Assembly (NCBI GenBank): GCA_036172245.1 | Contig: JAYWIR010000024.1 | Coordinates: 1,426,001-1,490,000 of the forward strand | DNA from: Raillietiella orientalis | Taxonomy: Eukaryota | DNA length: 64,000 bases | Direction: 5' to 3' | Shown here: positions 47,436 through 60,049 of the stretch, in pieces | Numbering within the stretch: position 1 is the stretch's first letter | Layout of the letters: each line of letters opens with the position of its first letter | Program-made: the position numbers and the translations under genes | The notes under the pieces: generated by a model | The model's database searches: none | What the model saw: the letters and a program-made list of their open reading frames with translations, nothing else | What the model was told of the DNA's origin: nothing

Positions 47436-48574
47436 TGCGGTAGCTCCTCGGGATGGTTTGCCCGCGGCAGAGAGCGGTTGTCATGGGCAGGAGCGCTTGA
47501 GTCCGGCCTCATTCACCGCTGCTCCTCCGGAGCTCGGGGCTTCCAGAGAGGCGACGCCCCTCGCTTGCCCTCGGCTCGGAGCAACGACCACCGTTCCCGC
47601 CTCGAAGGCAGTCCGAAGGGATAGCGGCCGACCCAGAGAAGGGGAAGTGGCGCTCGCAGAGGATGCCTCGCAGTCGGGCAGTGTCGTGCGGAATCTGGGA
47701 ACGCACCTGCCATCATCCGGACAATGGGGAAGCGAGAAACAGCCGGGAAAGTCCGCTGTAGGCTGGCTGTCCGGCGCCTGCGAGCGGGGCAGAGGTGCAG
47801 GCGGAGGGGTCGACTATCGGACCAGAAGCGCTTCGGATGGCGCCGCCCGTAGCCTGTCCGTGTGACCATTGGTAGTCTTGGCAACCAGAGACGGACAGAA
47901 CGAGGAACTTGGCATCCGCTGCGGAGGAAGGAAGCGGGAGACCCGGGAGTGGGGTGCTGAGGTCTTCCTACGTGGGCGTCTGGTGGGGTAGGGAGTCTTT
48001 CGAAAAAAACATGAAGGATGCGCGGGTGGAACCGGAAGGACGGCACGACGACTCCGACCGAAAACAAAAAGAAAGGATCCACCGCTGCATTTGGGGTTCA
48101 GCTTCCTTCCGCCAAGTATAAGAAACTCGCGGGCCATACCGAAGATTCCTGGCCACCGAAGCTTCGTTTCGAAAGTCGTGGGTTCAGATCCTACCGTCTG
48201 CACGGGACAGTCCGTCGGCTGTCTGGCGCAGGGTGAGGAGGTGAGAGATCTGACAACCGGGGGGGGGCGAGGTGTTCTTCTTCCTTATTCTATCCTCAGC
48301 GACCCCTCGGAGGAAGATGCCCCGTCCTCGCTCATTTCTTCTCCGGAAAGCATCCGCTCACAGCATCCCCGCAAAGGAAGATGCCATTAAGGAAGCCCAA
48401 ATCCTGTCGACTTCTGGGCTCTCACCCTGGAGGAAGATGAATGCGTTGAATATTTTCTTCTTCCATGTGCATTTTCAGAGGCCGGGCACGCATCCCAGAG
48501 CAGACGGGAAACATGGCCGACAGGGCGATCAGAAAGGCGGTGAAGACGGCATTGCACCTACCATCAAGAGCACC

Positions 48575-48915
48575 TGAATTTTCTCTGATCCGTACCGAAG
48601 GGAGCAGCGCTCTTCTTAGTACTCTGGAGAGGCGACCCCAGGGTATCAACCAGCTCCATGCTACTCGATGGTACTCGGCGGCTCCGTTTGCACAACCGGA
48701 GGGAAGGACCCCAAAGGGCTCCTTGATTCCTGGAAGAACCCCGGAAGGTCAACTCCCAATCCCGACCAGTCGACAGGGGCATCGGATTTCCGGCTTGCAC
48801 AGGTGCTGCAACTGAACAGAGTCCAACCAGCGTCATCTTGCAGGGGGGCTCGAAATCCACGACTCACCACCCCTTTCTTCCGGCGTCTGCAGCCACACGG
48901 CCGTCAACGTGGGCA
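48575..48915 (-). mobile_element. tRNA-headed repeat, partial copy H9
   Basis: Carries the family blocks CTCCTTGATTCCTGGAAG..CCCCGGAAGGTCAACT and CCAGCGTCATCTTGCAGG. Head internally deleted. Confidence 0.75.
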
Positions 48916-49240
48916 TCCCCCACCCAGCAGCCGGCACGCAGCGCTTCACGTAAAATCGCCGTCGTCCCCGGACGATGTCATGTCGTCGCGTCACAGAGGG
49001 TGGGAATCCCTGGGGATGCAGCGGGTTCACGGGTCTTCCCCGCCGTGCGGGAGCGTCAAGTGCCTTTTCCCAGCCGACGGCAACTGGGACGAAAGAAGGA
49101 GCAGGAGTGACTGATGGCCGCGACGGCTCGGCATAACCGGGGGGTGGGTGAGATGAGGGAGCATGCTCGAGAAGGCCGGACTTCCGTTTTGGCCGCCGCC
49201 GCTCCGCCTACCGCGAAAGAACACCGGTTCCCGGCTGCTC

Positions 49241-49745
49241 CAGCACGTCCCCCTTCGAAGCAACTGGAAAGAGAATGCCGGTGGCTGCTGCACACCGAAA
49301 CGACCCTCCTCCCGTCTTTCCCTCCCCTCGAACGGAAGGACAGGGGGATTCGAAGGAGAAGCCTGAGGGTCGCTCTCCGGAAGACCGCTGGACGCCTCGA
49401 CAGGCTCGTCGGCGGTCCAGATGACCTTTCCCGAAGTCTCGTGAGGAACCTACCTCCCTTCCCCCCCTCCCTCCACACAGGGGTACCGGTACTCGAACGC
49501 AACGACTGGAAGTCGAGGGAGGGTGCGTGCGACGCCAGGTCACGCAGGGACGGACAGGCGAAGAAGAGAGAAGAGGGGAGTGGAGGGTAGCCCCGGAAGG
49601 TGCAGGAGCAGGACGCAAGGGGGAAGAGGAAGAGAAAGGGCAGAAGAGGAGGAAGGATTCCCATCACTCACTCCTCGGGTCAAGAGGCATCTCTGGGGAG
49701 ACAAACGCCAGGAGGGCACGTTGACCGGATGCGGAGCGCCCTGCA
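49241..49745 (+). repeat. Unclassified dispersed repeat, copy 2
   Basis: Matches the reverse complement of 47097-47435 including GTTGACCGGATGCGGAGCGC, has an extra purine-rich internal segment, and is followed by an A-run. Confidence 0.85.
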
Positions 49746-49779
49746 TCCACGAAGAGAAAAAAAAAACCGCGGCCTCACG

Positions 49780-50530
49780 AACCCGCGCTGGTGGCCGCGT
49801 GGCTGTGGCTTCCGCGCGCGGCGCCGAGCGTTGCGGTTTCGAATCTCCGCGTAGGACATCGATGCCGAGAAATGGGAGGTGCGTCGTGGGTTTCGAGTTC
49901 CTCCCTCAGGATGACCCTGGTTGGTCTGTAGGCGTCGGATGAGGTACTGGTGGAAGCCGGATGTCCCCGCTGGCTAGCCGGAATGGAAAGTTGACCCTCT
50001 GAGGTCCTTCCAGGACATCAAAGAGCCGTTCTCCTCCGGTTGGGAAAATGGAGCCATCCCCTCCCTTGGAGGCGACCCTCCTTCCTACACCGTGGAGCTG
50101 GTTGATTCTTCTCCAGAGTGTTAAGAAGCGCGCCGCTCACTTCGGGGAGCGACCCTTCAAGGAAATTGGGAAGCATCCTTTCGGGGTTCTCTTCAGAGGA
50201 GCAAACGAGGAGCGGATCATTTCGGGGAAGTTCCCTCAGGAGAAGAAATAATGGGATCACCCCTCCCTGGAGGTGTCTCCGGAGAGAATAAGGAAGAGGT
50301 TCCCTTCGGAGACAACCAGGGTAGAGGGTTTTCCCTTCGGGGTATTCTCCCAAGAGTGAGGGGAGCAGACTCTCCTTCTCCGGAGCCCTTCCTGATTCAT
50401 AGTGTGGTTCCCTCCCGGGGTACCCCCTGACTTGAAAAGTCAATACGCACCCTCGTGCGGCGCGGACCCTCGGCAGTGTTAAGGATCTTCGTGAGCCGTG
50501 GGGCGAACGGTTCTTGGGTACTTGGAGAAC
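49780..50530 (+). mobile_element. tRNA-headed structured repeat, copy H10
   Basis: A-box-like TGGCCGCGTGG (49792-49802), two degenerate B-boxes, monomers with CTTCGG, and the ACGCACCCTCG end block. Confidence 0.85.
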
Positions 50531-50989
50531 CAAAAGGATGAAAACAACCCGCTCGTCTTTTTGGACGGGGCGAGGGCCTCTTCTCGCCTTCCGTTCGAGA
50601 AGCGGCGTGCGAGCTGATGCACGCCTCTGGGGGAGGGGGAGGTGTCGATAGAACGGGCTGACGCACTGGCGGCGGGCACGGATTAGAACGCTCTGAACAA
50701 GGGACGTGTCGGATGCGATCAAATTTTCCGGAGGGCAAACCGCTAGCACCGGCGTCACGTGCTCGTACCACATGGAAGGACTTCGCTCTCTCTCAAGAGA
50801 TGCCTCGTCGCTCTTCTCTATGGGAGGCATGATGGATATGCTCTTCTACCTCACACGACCAGAGAGGATGGATGCTGAGGCAACGCGTTCCGGACTTTCG
50901 ATGATTTATGGGGCGAGCTGCGATTTCGAAACCCGATCCACCACGTGAGGATGCTGAAACGAGGGAGGATGGCACCGACTGCCGACGGC

Positions 50990-53310
50990 TGCCATTCCCG
51001 GACCGTGGTCCTATCGAGCCGTCTTCCTTGGTCTCGGAATGGAGCTGAAAAGGCGCCGAAGAGCTGACCCAGCTCAGGTCGATTCAAAAACATCTTATTC
51101 TTGTGGAGAGCTCTAAGGCACACGGACGGAGTGCCGGAAGCACCGTTTCTTGCATGAGACGCTCTCTTAAGAGATCCGAGGTGAGGACTCCTCGGCACGC
51201 CGCACAGGCGCACGCGAGCCGCGTGTGACAGCAAAGGTCCGCGAGAACGCATCCTTTCAGAGACATCCTCCGGCAAAGGAGTTGCTCCAGGCCGTTTCCA
51301 TGACTTCCTTTCGGAGCTCAAAAATGAAACGAGTACTCCAGTGAGTGAACGAGCTATTTAATGTACAGCAGCATGTGTCGTTACAAAGCCTCAAGGTAGG
51401 AAATCCATCACCGTTGGCCAGCAGCACGATCGATCTAGCGCTCTTAGGGAGCCCCAAGGCGAGTTCACAGAGTCTCTCTGTCTTCACCGTACACTCTGTT
51501 CGCAGAGTATCCGTGGACGTACGAACGACGAACGCATCAATTCACCACTTGAATCATGGACGGAAATGGCACACATGCAAGAAATTTTCAACTGCTGAAG
51601 AATGCAAGCATTCTGAAAGACACTGCAATACTGGCTCATTGCATTACAAGAAAGCGATATGCAGCTGCTCCAATTACAGTCGTTCTTTCTTATTGAGATA
51701 TCATCCAAACCAAGAACACGGTTGCGCCGGCTGAAACCAGGGAACCTTTGGCAGAAGGCATCACGTCGTTGCAAAGGTTGGTATCACATGTGCAGGTTTC
51801 GCTTGTCACGTGCTGCAAGTCTTCTTTCTGGCAGTCATTTGTCACGTTGCTCCCTTTTCGGACGCAATTTCGGAAGAACATCTCCATGTGGTCTGGAAAA
51901 GAAGGGGGTGGGGGACGGGAAGAGGGGACTGTTAGTGCTTAACGCAAGGGAAGAAGTCCGGGGATAAGGGACACAGAAGCAGGAAAAGGGGGTGCTCCGG
52001 CGTGCGCGAACGCAGCGCTCGTGCTGGCGAGAGACGACTTGGGGCCCTCGGAAGAGAAACGCGTGACCTCAAAGCAGGGATGGAGAACGCGAAGCCTCCT
52101 CCTGCCTCGGGCTGCTGCGCGTTTCCGGTTCTCCTCCGGGGAAAAACAGCGCAAGTCCATCGCTCCGTCCGCTGGGCTGACCTGTCCCCAAACTCCCTCC
52201 CGTTCCCTTCTATGGCGAGCTTCGCCTAGCGGGTGGAGACATTCCCGCCGCCGCAGGCATTTGTCCCAGTCGCCGCCCTGCTGAAGCCCTTGAACCACAG
52301 CGCGCACATGCAGAACCCGGGATTTCGATCCGCTCCTACAGAGGAGGCTGCTCCCTCGCATTTCGCATCTCAGCCGGTCCTCTCGGCGCCTCATCTCGTG
52401 GGTGAATCATTAACGAGGGAAATGTCTAGACGACGTGGGACCGACCCTACAAACCTAACGATGCATGAATGAGGCGCGTGACACTGTCCTGGAGAAGACA
52501 GGAAGAAGGCACTCCGGACATTCCTGGGCATAAGAAACACACGTGCGCGAGGGCAGGACGCCCACCGAATGGAGGGGAAACGAAAACCCTCCGAAGCGTC
52601 TAGAAGGAGTCCTGGAAAATCAGCAAAGTGGATGGCGACCGCTTAGGCAATAAGCGTGCGATTTGCGAAATGGGAACCGGGTCTCTTTCAGGTTATCCAG
52701 GAGGGACCCACAAAGAGGGATGCTGCTCACGACTCCACCACGAGAAGCCACGGTACGTTCCCAGGCAAACCAGTTACGCCTGCGCAAATCTACCCGGCGA
52801 GTGCCTTCTTAGCCTGTAAATTGCACACAAAATCTCCAGAAGAAATCGGACGGCCGCACCGCCTCTGTCCAACAGCCCGGAAATGCAAAAATGCTTGAAA
52901 TCCAGGCAAAAACGAAAGGAGGAAAAAGAACGGATACAACAGTGTTCCAGCTTCCTGACGCCGTATTCAACATCATATGATACAGAGCTAGCATCTTTCT
53001 GTTCTTCGGCATCACTTTCATCTCTGTGGTCCTGCCAGAGCTTCTTCCACGGTCCCGGAATCGAAAACGAGCTGAAAAGGTGCCGAAGAGTTGTCCCAAC
53101 TTCGGTCTGCTGAAAACCACCTGATTCTTGCGAGAGCGTTGAGACATGCGGATGGAATGCCGGCATCTCTTTCATCTAAATCTTCTTTTCCTGACAGACT
53201 CCCCTGAGACAAAACGTCTTGGCTGCTCGATGCAGGCATAGCAACTGGGTTAGAAACGCGTAGAGCTCTGGTACTTTCAAGGTCAAATTCAGATCTCCGC
53301 CGGCAGAAAT
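50990..53310. repeat. Pair of diverged direct repeats (about 50990-51280 and about 53010-53310) flanking the last Ly6 exon
   Basis: GAGCTGAAAAGGYGCCGAAGAGYTG block; minus-strand translations RPELGQLFGAFSA versus RPKLGQLFGTFSA. Probably relics of one unidentified element. Confidence 0.7.
51690..51892 (-). CDS. Ly6/uPAR (three-finger) protein, last exon with CxCxxxLCN motif and GPI-signal-like tail
   Basis: Acceptor TTCTTTTCCAG; phase 1 matches the upstream exon across a 4356-nt intron. Encodes (D)HMEMFFRNCVRKGSNVTNDCQKEDLQHVTSETCTCDTNLCNDVMPSAKGSLVSAGATVFLVWMISQ*. The spliced domain has the canonical 10 Cys followed by a hydrophobic C-terminus. Confidence 0.88.
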
Positions 53311-56248
53311 TGCGCGCGTGGGACGGTACGGCAGGTGAGAGCAACCGCGTAAGCCTGAACCAAAAAGCCACGAGTGCGCGAACTGGTAAAGCTGAAGAAG
53401 CACCGGTGCTTCCACCCCTTAGGCCAATTCACAATCAAGACGGATCCGCCCGCAAGAATCGGGTGATTCGTGCAAGGACCGCAATGCTTCACCCGAGCAC
53501 CTCATCCCTTGTTATCAGGACCAGCCTGTAAAATTCAATGCAGCCTTGCCACGAGATGCCACTGCTTGGCAAGAGCATGTAACAGGAAAATGGATCAGGG
53601 AGTTGGTCAGTCGCAAAACATCCATTAAAGGAATCGAAACTCTCGCGCGTTGATCCGAGTTCTCGACAGTGACCATCGGTGGCAATTTTGCGTAAGATGT
53701 CTCCAATGCATTCTTTTCCATTCAAAATCGAATTTATTAAGAACATGAATACCTTGTCTTCTGAGCTTTCAGCTGCCCTCCTGGTGCCAGGAAGAAGAGG
53801 AAGGAAACACCAAACACCAAGTTCCCAGTTACGAAGTAGGAAGGCACAAGAGCACAAGCACAAGAAGGCACAAGAAAACGGCACAAGTTCCCGGTTACTT
53901 CATAACCTGGAACTTGTGCTAGTGTTTCCTTCCTCTTCTTCCTCACCACTGCTAGCACCTTCACTGATTCCACTGGCGTTACGAGGGCTGGGACAGAGCG
54001 CTCTACTTGAGGTTCAGCCCTACCAGTGCAGATGTGCAACAGATAAACTCAGCCTCAGTTGCCCGCGTGACAAAGTGCTTCTAAAAGTCTGATCACTGGT
54101 TATTTTGCACTTCCACGATGCCGACATGCAAGTCGAGAAATGAAAGGGAAAAAAATCGTGCAGAAACGCACGGGTAGATTCTTGCCGACCCGTTCACCCG
54201 GATCACTTCCATTCTCTTCCGTCTTTGAGGAAATAGAACACACAGCTGGATGGACTTTGGCCGTTCGGGCAGAAGACGAAGAGGGCTGGTGGTTACAGAA
54301 GAGCCGTTCTCCTAGAAACCTTTCCTCAAGCACGTCATTGGCTGGAATGAGGTGACGTGCAGCAGCAACAACCTCCCAAGTGAAACAGCGTAATCGTGGT
54401 GAGCGCTGAGGTGAGACAGGGATACGAAGATGGAGGCAAGGTGTGGGATGAATTTTGACTTCCGGCACATTTGCGAGCAGCAGAGCCCAGGGGTCCAAGG
54501 ACTCGCGAAAAGAGCGCGAAAACTCGGCTTTCCTCAAGTGCCCGCATCCCTCCCTCCTGATTTCCGCTCGCAAGACCACCAGCTTCGGCGAGAGCCCCCG
54601 TTTCCCATCTGCCTCGCTCCATGTCTTTCACTCCGCCATCTAATTTAGAAGAGCGGCAAGTGTCTTTTCTTCTGATTAATGCTGACGCCGAGCCCTATAC
54701 GCCTAGGGAGGAAAACACCAATTTTCCCCAGTTCTGCTCAAGCATCCGCCCGAAACAGCTGGAAGTGGAGCCTGCGCGGCATAAAATTAAGGAGTCTGCA
54801 GAGAGGTCCCAGGGATTAGCGCAGAAGCCGCCACCATACAAGTGGCTGCCTTTCGCCCACGTCGTTTCCTTCTACCTGACTGCCAGTCGGAGGAGGATTC
54901 GCATCCCGAAGAAGGCGAGAAGTTTCGAAACCGAAAGTACTTTGGCGCTGTTCAGCGACCGGGTCGAGGGAGAAGACGCCGGAAAGCCGGAGTTGGCATG
55001 CTGCCCAGAGCGGTTTGAGCTCTGCTCGCTAATGGCAGCACCATCGTGCGTGCACGTCTCTCTTCTCCGCAGATCATGAGTGCTGCTGACTCCACCCAGC
55101 TCCTGAGTCCTGGCAGCAATGCGCCATAAATAACGAATCCAAGGAGACGCTTTGTTCACTCCAGCACCGCTAGGTAATGATGCCTACTGGTAGCGATCGG
55201 AGGGAGCAAATAAAACGCCTCGGGAAAAAGTGAGACGGAGCGGGAGAACCCAGGAAATTCGGCCATCTAATGAGGAGAAGGAATTGCTGGAATTCTTATG
55301 AAGACTCCCTTTCGTCACAGGGAGTCGTTCGGGATTCAAATGGTCACCAGTCCAACAGAGAAGAAAAAGAGGAAAAAAATATGAAAGAAGTTTGCAAATC
55401 TGTGGCATCAAGCAAAGATTCAGTGCTCTTTTCCTCCATGGAGGCTCCACCAGAAGGCACCTTTTACAGCCTTTCCGATCGATGGCTACGGGCATCGAAA
55501 TGAGCAAGAACCGATCTTGTTCTTCCAGGGGAACTTCAAACACACCCTCTTCCACAGAAGCAGAAAGCAAAATAGTCGTCTTAAGCAAACCAAGACATCG
55601 TTGCACGTTTACCCCCATGACGACGCAGGATGCCCATCATCCGAACGATTCCTTCTGAAGGAAAGTTTCGGAACCGATTCTTAGCAACGGCCTTGGGTTT
55701 ACTCGCCCATGGTGTATTTCAACAGAAACTTTTAGAATTGACCGCTGATTCTTAACGCCTCCGAAAGCCATCAACACCCACAGCTGGAGAGAAACCTTAC
55801 CTAGGAACCCGTTGCCGTGCGACGCTGTCTGCTAACGAGGGATGCACTCACCACTCGGTCATGTCGAATGAGTTGCAGGGCAAGCAAAGGACTTTCGACT
55901 GTTCCGAGTGTGTGCCCGGTGCGATCCCTCGGCGGATTTTCACCCCGGAAATCCGAATTCGAATTCTTAGCAGCAGCCCGGTACAATCCCTTAGCAGGAG
56001 ACAACGGAGAAGCCAGCAAAAGCCACGCCGATGGCGAAAGCGCACACCAGGAGCAAACCGAAAGAAAATTCGCCAGCTCCTCACACATTGTGGCTTTCTA
56101 ACCGATGTAATTACATTAAACTGGAGTAGTATTCCGATAGACATGAGCAATTCTTCCCACCTCTTCCCTCTCCTCTCTCCCCCCCCCCCCAAAAGAAAAA
56201 CAAAAAACAGAAAGAAAAAACAAAAAAACATGGGTTGGAATCTCTTAC

Positions 56249-56395
56249 CATTTCTGTCGTAGAACACTTTGATTTCGCATCCGAAATCGCAATCGATTTG
56301 CAGTGACTTGGGATCGAAGAATCCCCTAGTGCACTTATCCGTAAAGTTCTGACTCGAAGGGGACCAGCTGCATAAATAGCATCTTACAGAGTCCA
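56249..56395 (-). CDS. Ly6/uPAR (three-finger) protein, middle exon
   Basis: Acceptor TTTTTTCAAG and donor G|GTAAGA; 147 nt, phase 1-1. Encodes (V)DSVRCYLCSWSPSSQNFTDKCTRGFFDPKSLQIDCDFGCEIKVFYDRN, with the typical N-terminal CYxC motif and 5 Cys. Confidence 0.88.
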
Positions 56396-56456
56396 CTTGA
56401 AAAAATGCAAAGGTCGAGTGAGTTGAAAGGGCTTTTCATTCAGTGGTGTTTGTTAC

Positions 56457-56595
56457 CTGGGTTGAACGGAACAGTCATCACGAAGAACCAAAAGTAAAGG
56501 CATGGAGATACCTGATAAGTACAAATCTTGGATGAGTCATCATTGCTGACGAGGAAAGGCACTTCGAATTTTCGAAAAGACACGGCCGTGCGCAT
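56457..56595 (-). CDS. Ly6/uPAR (QVR/sleepless-like) protein, first visible coding exon (signal-peptide region)
   Basis: In-frame ATG at 56595 gives MRTAVSFRKFEVPFLVSNDDSSKICTYQVSPCLYFWFFVMTVPFNP. Alternatively the exon starts at 56511 after a TATCAG acceptor. It ends at a GTAAC donor (56456) in phase 1, and a 61-nt intron splices in frame to the next exon. The hydrophobic stretch CLYFWFFVMTV is signal-peptide-like. The true start is uncertain. Confidence 0.6.
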
Positions 56596-57019
56596 TCCAG
56601 ACCGCTCGCTAGAGTCGCAAGGGGCTTTCGAAGGATCCCTTCCCTCTAACTCTGAATTGGGCGGCGCGAGGAGGCATCAGAGGGAATCCGAAGCGCGATC
56701 GGCAGCAGCCGCTACGAGCCGAGGTGAGCACGGCACACGGAACCACCCCCAGAGCACGGAGCCTTCCTCTGCAAAGACGGCAGAATTCGCTGCTGCGGGC
56801 CCAACTCGCTTCCCCGAAGAACTTCACGTCGGATCCTCCATGCGGGAGCTGCACGGCAGAAAGGAGCGAAAGGTTACTTGCGAGAAGTGGGAAGCGAGGG
56901 ATCACATAGCCATCCCTGGAGCGGGAAGACAACGGAAGCCGTCGACAGGCATTCCAGGCGTCCATGCGGTGAGCAGTCCCACCGCGATGGTAGGGCACGA
57001 AGCGCGAAGTGTCCCCCCA

Positions 57020-57575
57020 AAACGTGCGTCGGAGACCGCGTGGTTACGGTAGTCTCCCTGCCTGGACACCAGCAAGCGTCGAGGGTTCGAATACGCAGGC
57101 AGAAACTGATGCCACTGCGTCGTTGGGTTCTCCTGCAAGATGGCGCTGGTTGAACTCGCTGAATTCCGGAAGGGCCCCTTCGGGGTTCTCTTCAGAGGAA
57201 GATCAAACAGGAGCGGTTCCCTTGCGGGTTTCCTCAGGAGAATAAATTCCTGATAGTGAATCCCTTCCGGGTTCCCTCCGGAGAAGAAAAAATGGAGCGC
57301 ATTCCTCCAGGGGTCCCTTCGGAGAGAATAAGGAGAGAATAAGGAACTTCGGGATTTTCCTTCGGAGACAACCAGGGTGGAGGTGATTTCCATTCCGGGG
57401 CTCCCTCCCCAAGCGTGAGAGGAACGGACTCCGAGCCCTTTCCTGGATTCATAGGGCGGTTCCCTCCCGGGGTACCCCCTATCTTGAAGAATTACACGCA
57501 CCCTCGGGTGGCGTGGTACAGCGTGAAAGAGCTGCGAAAAAGCGAAGACAGAGAAAAGAGAATTTCCATCATCCC
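57020..57575 (+). mobile_element. tRNA-headed repeat H11 (internally deleted)
   Basis: GGGTTCGAAT at about 57083, monomer array at 57160-57420, then ILKNYTHPRVAWYSVKELR...RISII. Confidence 0.85.
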
Positions 57576-57799
57576 TGAAGATCGGCGAGAGAGGGGAGCT
57601 CCTGAGAAGAATGCAAGTGCAAATGGTGCCATGCATCACGTGGTATCAGATGGCTCTTGCACCCGCCTCCATGGGTGCATGTGTAACCGTGGTTGTTGGA
57701 ACAGCACCGCGTATTCCGCACTTTGCGGTCACGAATGAGAACAGCATCACGCGGTTCAGAAAATTCCTCCACCACTCCGCGTAATTTAGAAAAATAGGG

Positions 57800-58040
57800 C
57801 TACGGAAACGAAAATGCGTCCGCTGAGGCGTGCGCGTCGTAAGAACAGAAAACGTATTCGTGGCGCTACAGAGCAAGGATGCAGAGGAAAAGTTGAAATT
57901 GCAAGGTTACGAGCTACTGCGGCAGCACGGCAGAGTGGTAGGAGGAAGTCGGAAGGCCAAAGAGGAAAAGACAACAGAAGAGAACGGAATGGGGTGCTGG
58001 GTGATAATGGGCGATATCGGGTCAACGCGAAGAAGATACT
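57800..58040 (+). mobile_element. APE endonuclease fragment of a non-LTR element
   Basis: VFVALQ...LKLQGYELLRQHGRVVGG...WVIMGD resembles ALQET, GY...R.DR...GGGV and IMGDFN, with an internal deletion. Confidence 0.5.
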
Positions 58041-60049
58041 CTCCTCTGAAGAAACGCCCCTTCACGGGTCACGGGGAGAATTCCTCTGAAGTTCCCTCCC
58101 TCCCTCGAAGTGCAATCGTGGGGCCTTCTTTAAGCCCAGCCGTCAGTGATGACAAGCAGCGAGGACGGCCCATGCAAAGAACGTGCGCTTCCGTCATCAT
58201 CCAGCCGTCCCGGGAATGCCCCAGCGATGGAGCACAGCTTAATCAGCTGGCACCACTGTCCCGATCCCATATCCCCGCAGTTCAGAGGTCGGCGGAGCTA
58301 CTAACGAGGGACGAAAGATCTCAGTTCCCTCTCCGGAAGCTACGACTCACGCGGTGTAATTGCGAGCCCCACGAAAGCTTGGGGTGTTGAAGAAGTGTCG
58401 AACCAGGGAGGACGTCCCGCTGCTTTCCGACTCCGGCGAAGGCGGCGGCGCGGAACGCCGGCCCTTTAGAAAGAGAAAACCTCGCGTCCTTCCAGTGTTC
58501 CCATCCTCCCGATCCACGCGGGAGGCGCGATCCAAGGAGATCTGCGGGATGGCAGAAGGGAGCAAAGTGGATTCCAAGAGACAGCGGTTAATCAACCCCG
58601 CATCGAGGCTCTTCGAAAAGACTTCCTGCGTGGAAGGGAAATGAGATAGAGGAGGAGGAGAGGTTGGGCGTCGACCAGCTGGTCCATAGCTGCCAACTTC
58701 CCGGTCGAAGCGCGTCAGCAAGGGACTTGCGCGGGATTACCGAGAAGGAAAACGAGAAGCAGCCGAACAGCAGTACGGCGCTGAGGCTTCGTCCTTTTTT
58801 TTTTTCTTCCTTCGCCTCTCCCCTGCGAGAGTTCCCACGGGATTACCAAGCAACAACCTCGTCACAAGGTCGCCGCTGAACGTGAAAGGACCGGCAAAGA
58901 GCCGCATGATCGGGAAATCACGTCTCAATCACCTCGCGCGACGCAAGCGCCCCTCTCTCCAGCTCCGGGAAGCTTGGGTTCACGCCCCGACGCTGCTCTT
59001 CTGAATTGGGGCGCCAGTGCGTGGGAAACAGGGCAAACACCCTACGACGCCCATCCGAGATCAAGGCAGGCGGAAACAGGACAGCACGTGTGCGAGGAAG
59101 AATCCTCTTCCCTCCGAGTCCCCTCCCATCGATTAGCAGAATGCTGACAGAGGCAGGAGATTTCGAGTCGGATGGGCAGCGGGTTCGGTCCAAGGGAGAA
59201 GTTCCCAGCTGATGGCTGCACCCGCCTGGGGAAAGAGGGAAGGAAGGAGAAGGAAGCTGTCCATTCCGGCAACATCGCGAGCTGCAAGAAACGTTGCGCA
59301 GCAGCGGTGAATATCGACAGGGGTAGAGGGGATCACTCCGCAGCCCTGGCGGCACGACCGCCCCTTCCAGAAAGGCAACCCTTGCCGACTGGAAGAAACG
59401 TCGACACTGACGAACGGTTCGCCCGTCGCCAGCCTGCGTGCCAAGACAAGAAGGCGCCAGCCAGACCGCTCGAACGATTCTCCGCCGACGGACGTCTCTC
59501 TCCGAGGAGGCGCCCGCGGGAGACCGTTTTTCGGCGCAGGGTTCGGGGAAGCCGAACCGCGCGCATCCGTCCATGGGTCGCACCACCCCCTGCACTGGGG
59601 GATTCGGTCGCCCCGAAGATGCGCCGAATCCAAGAACTTCTGGGACAACGTCGGATGCAACTGCGTGCTCTGGAGAAGAACAGCACGTGCGCACAAAATC
59701 GATAACTTTTCTGTCTCCTCTCTCACGAAAAAAAAAAAAAAAAAACACATCGGTGCGCACGTGGCTCCCTCCCGTTCAGGGTATTTGCGTTACCCTCTGG
59801 AGCTTTTTTTTTTTTTATTGGCACCGAACTAATAGGCAGTGCCGATTTCATTCCTCGATGATTTATGGAAAACGGTTTTCCTGGGAATGATTCTTTCGAA
59901 GGCAGATGAAGAGGGAGCAACAATCATGGAGGGGAATAAAAAGACAAACAGGACAACGATTCACAGGTGTGTAATCCTCGGACCTTGGGTACGTATCATG
60001 ATCCCTTTGAAAAAACAAGAAACGGGAGCAGGAATGCCACGGGGCTGGA

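Noticed and set aside
55801..56248. Continuation of the Ly6 ORF (55848-56396) as a single-exon protein
   Set aside because: A strong GTAAGA donor at 56248 is followed by low-complexity T-rich sequence, and the domain is completed only by the 51892-51690 exon.
57160..57480. CRISPR array or bacterial terminators in the hairpin-rich monomers
   Set aside because: The units are degenerate, lack unique spacers and cas genes, and the context is eukaryotic (spliced gene, U2, LINEs).
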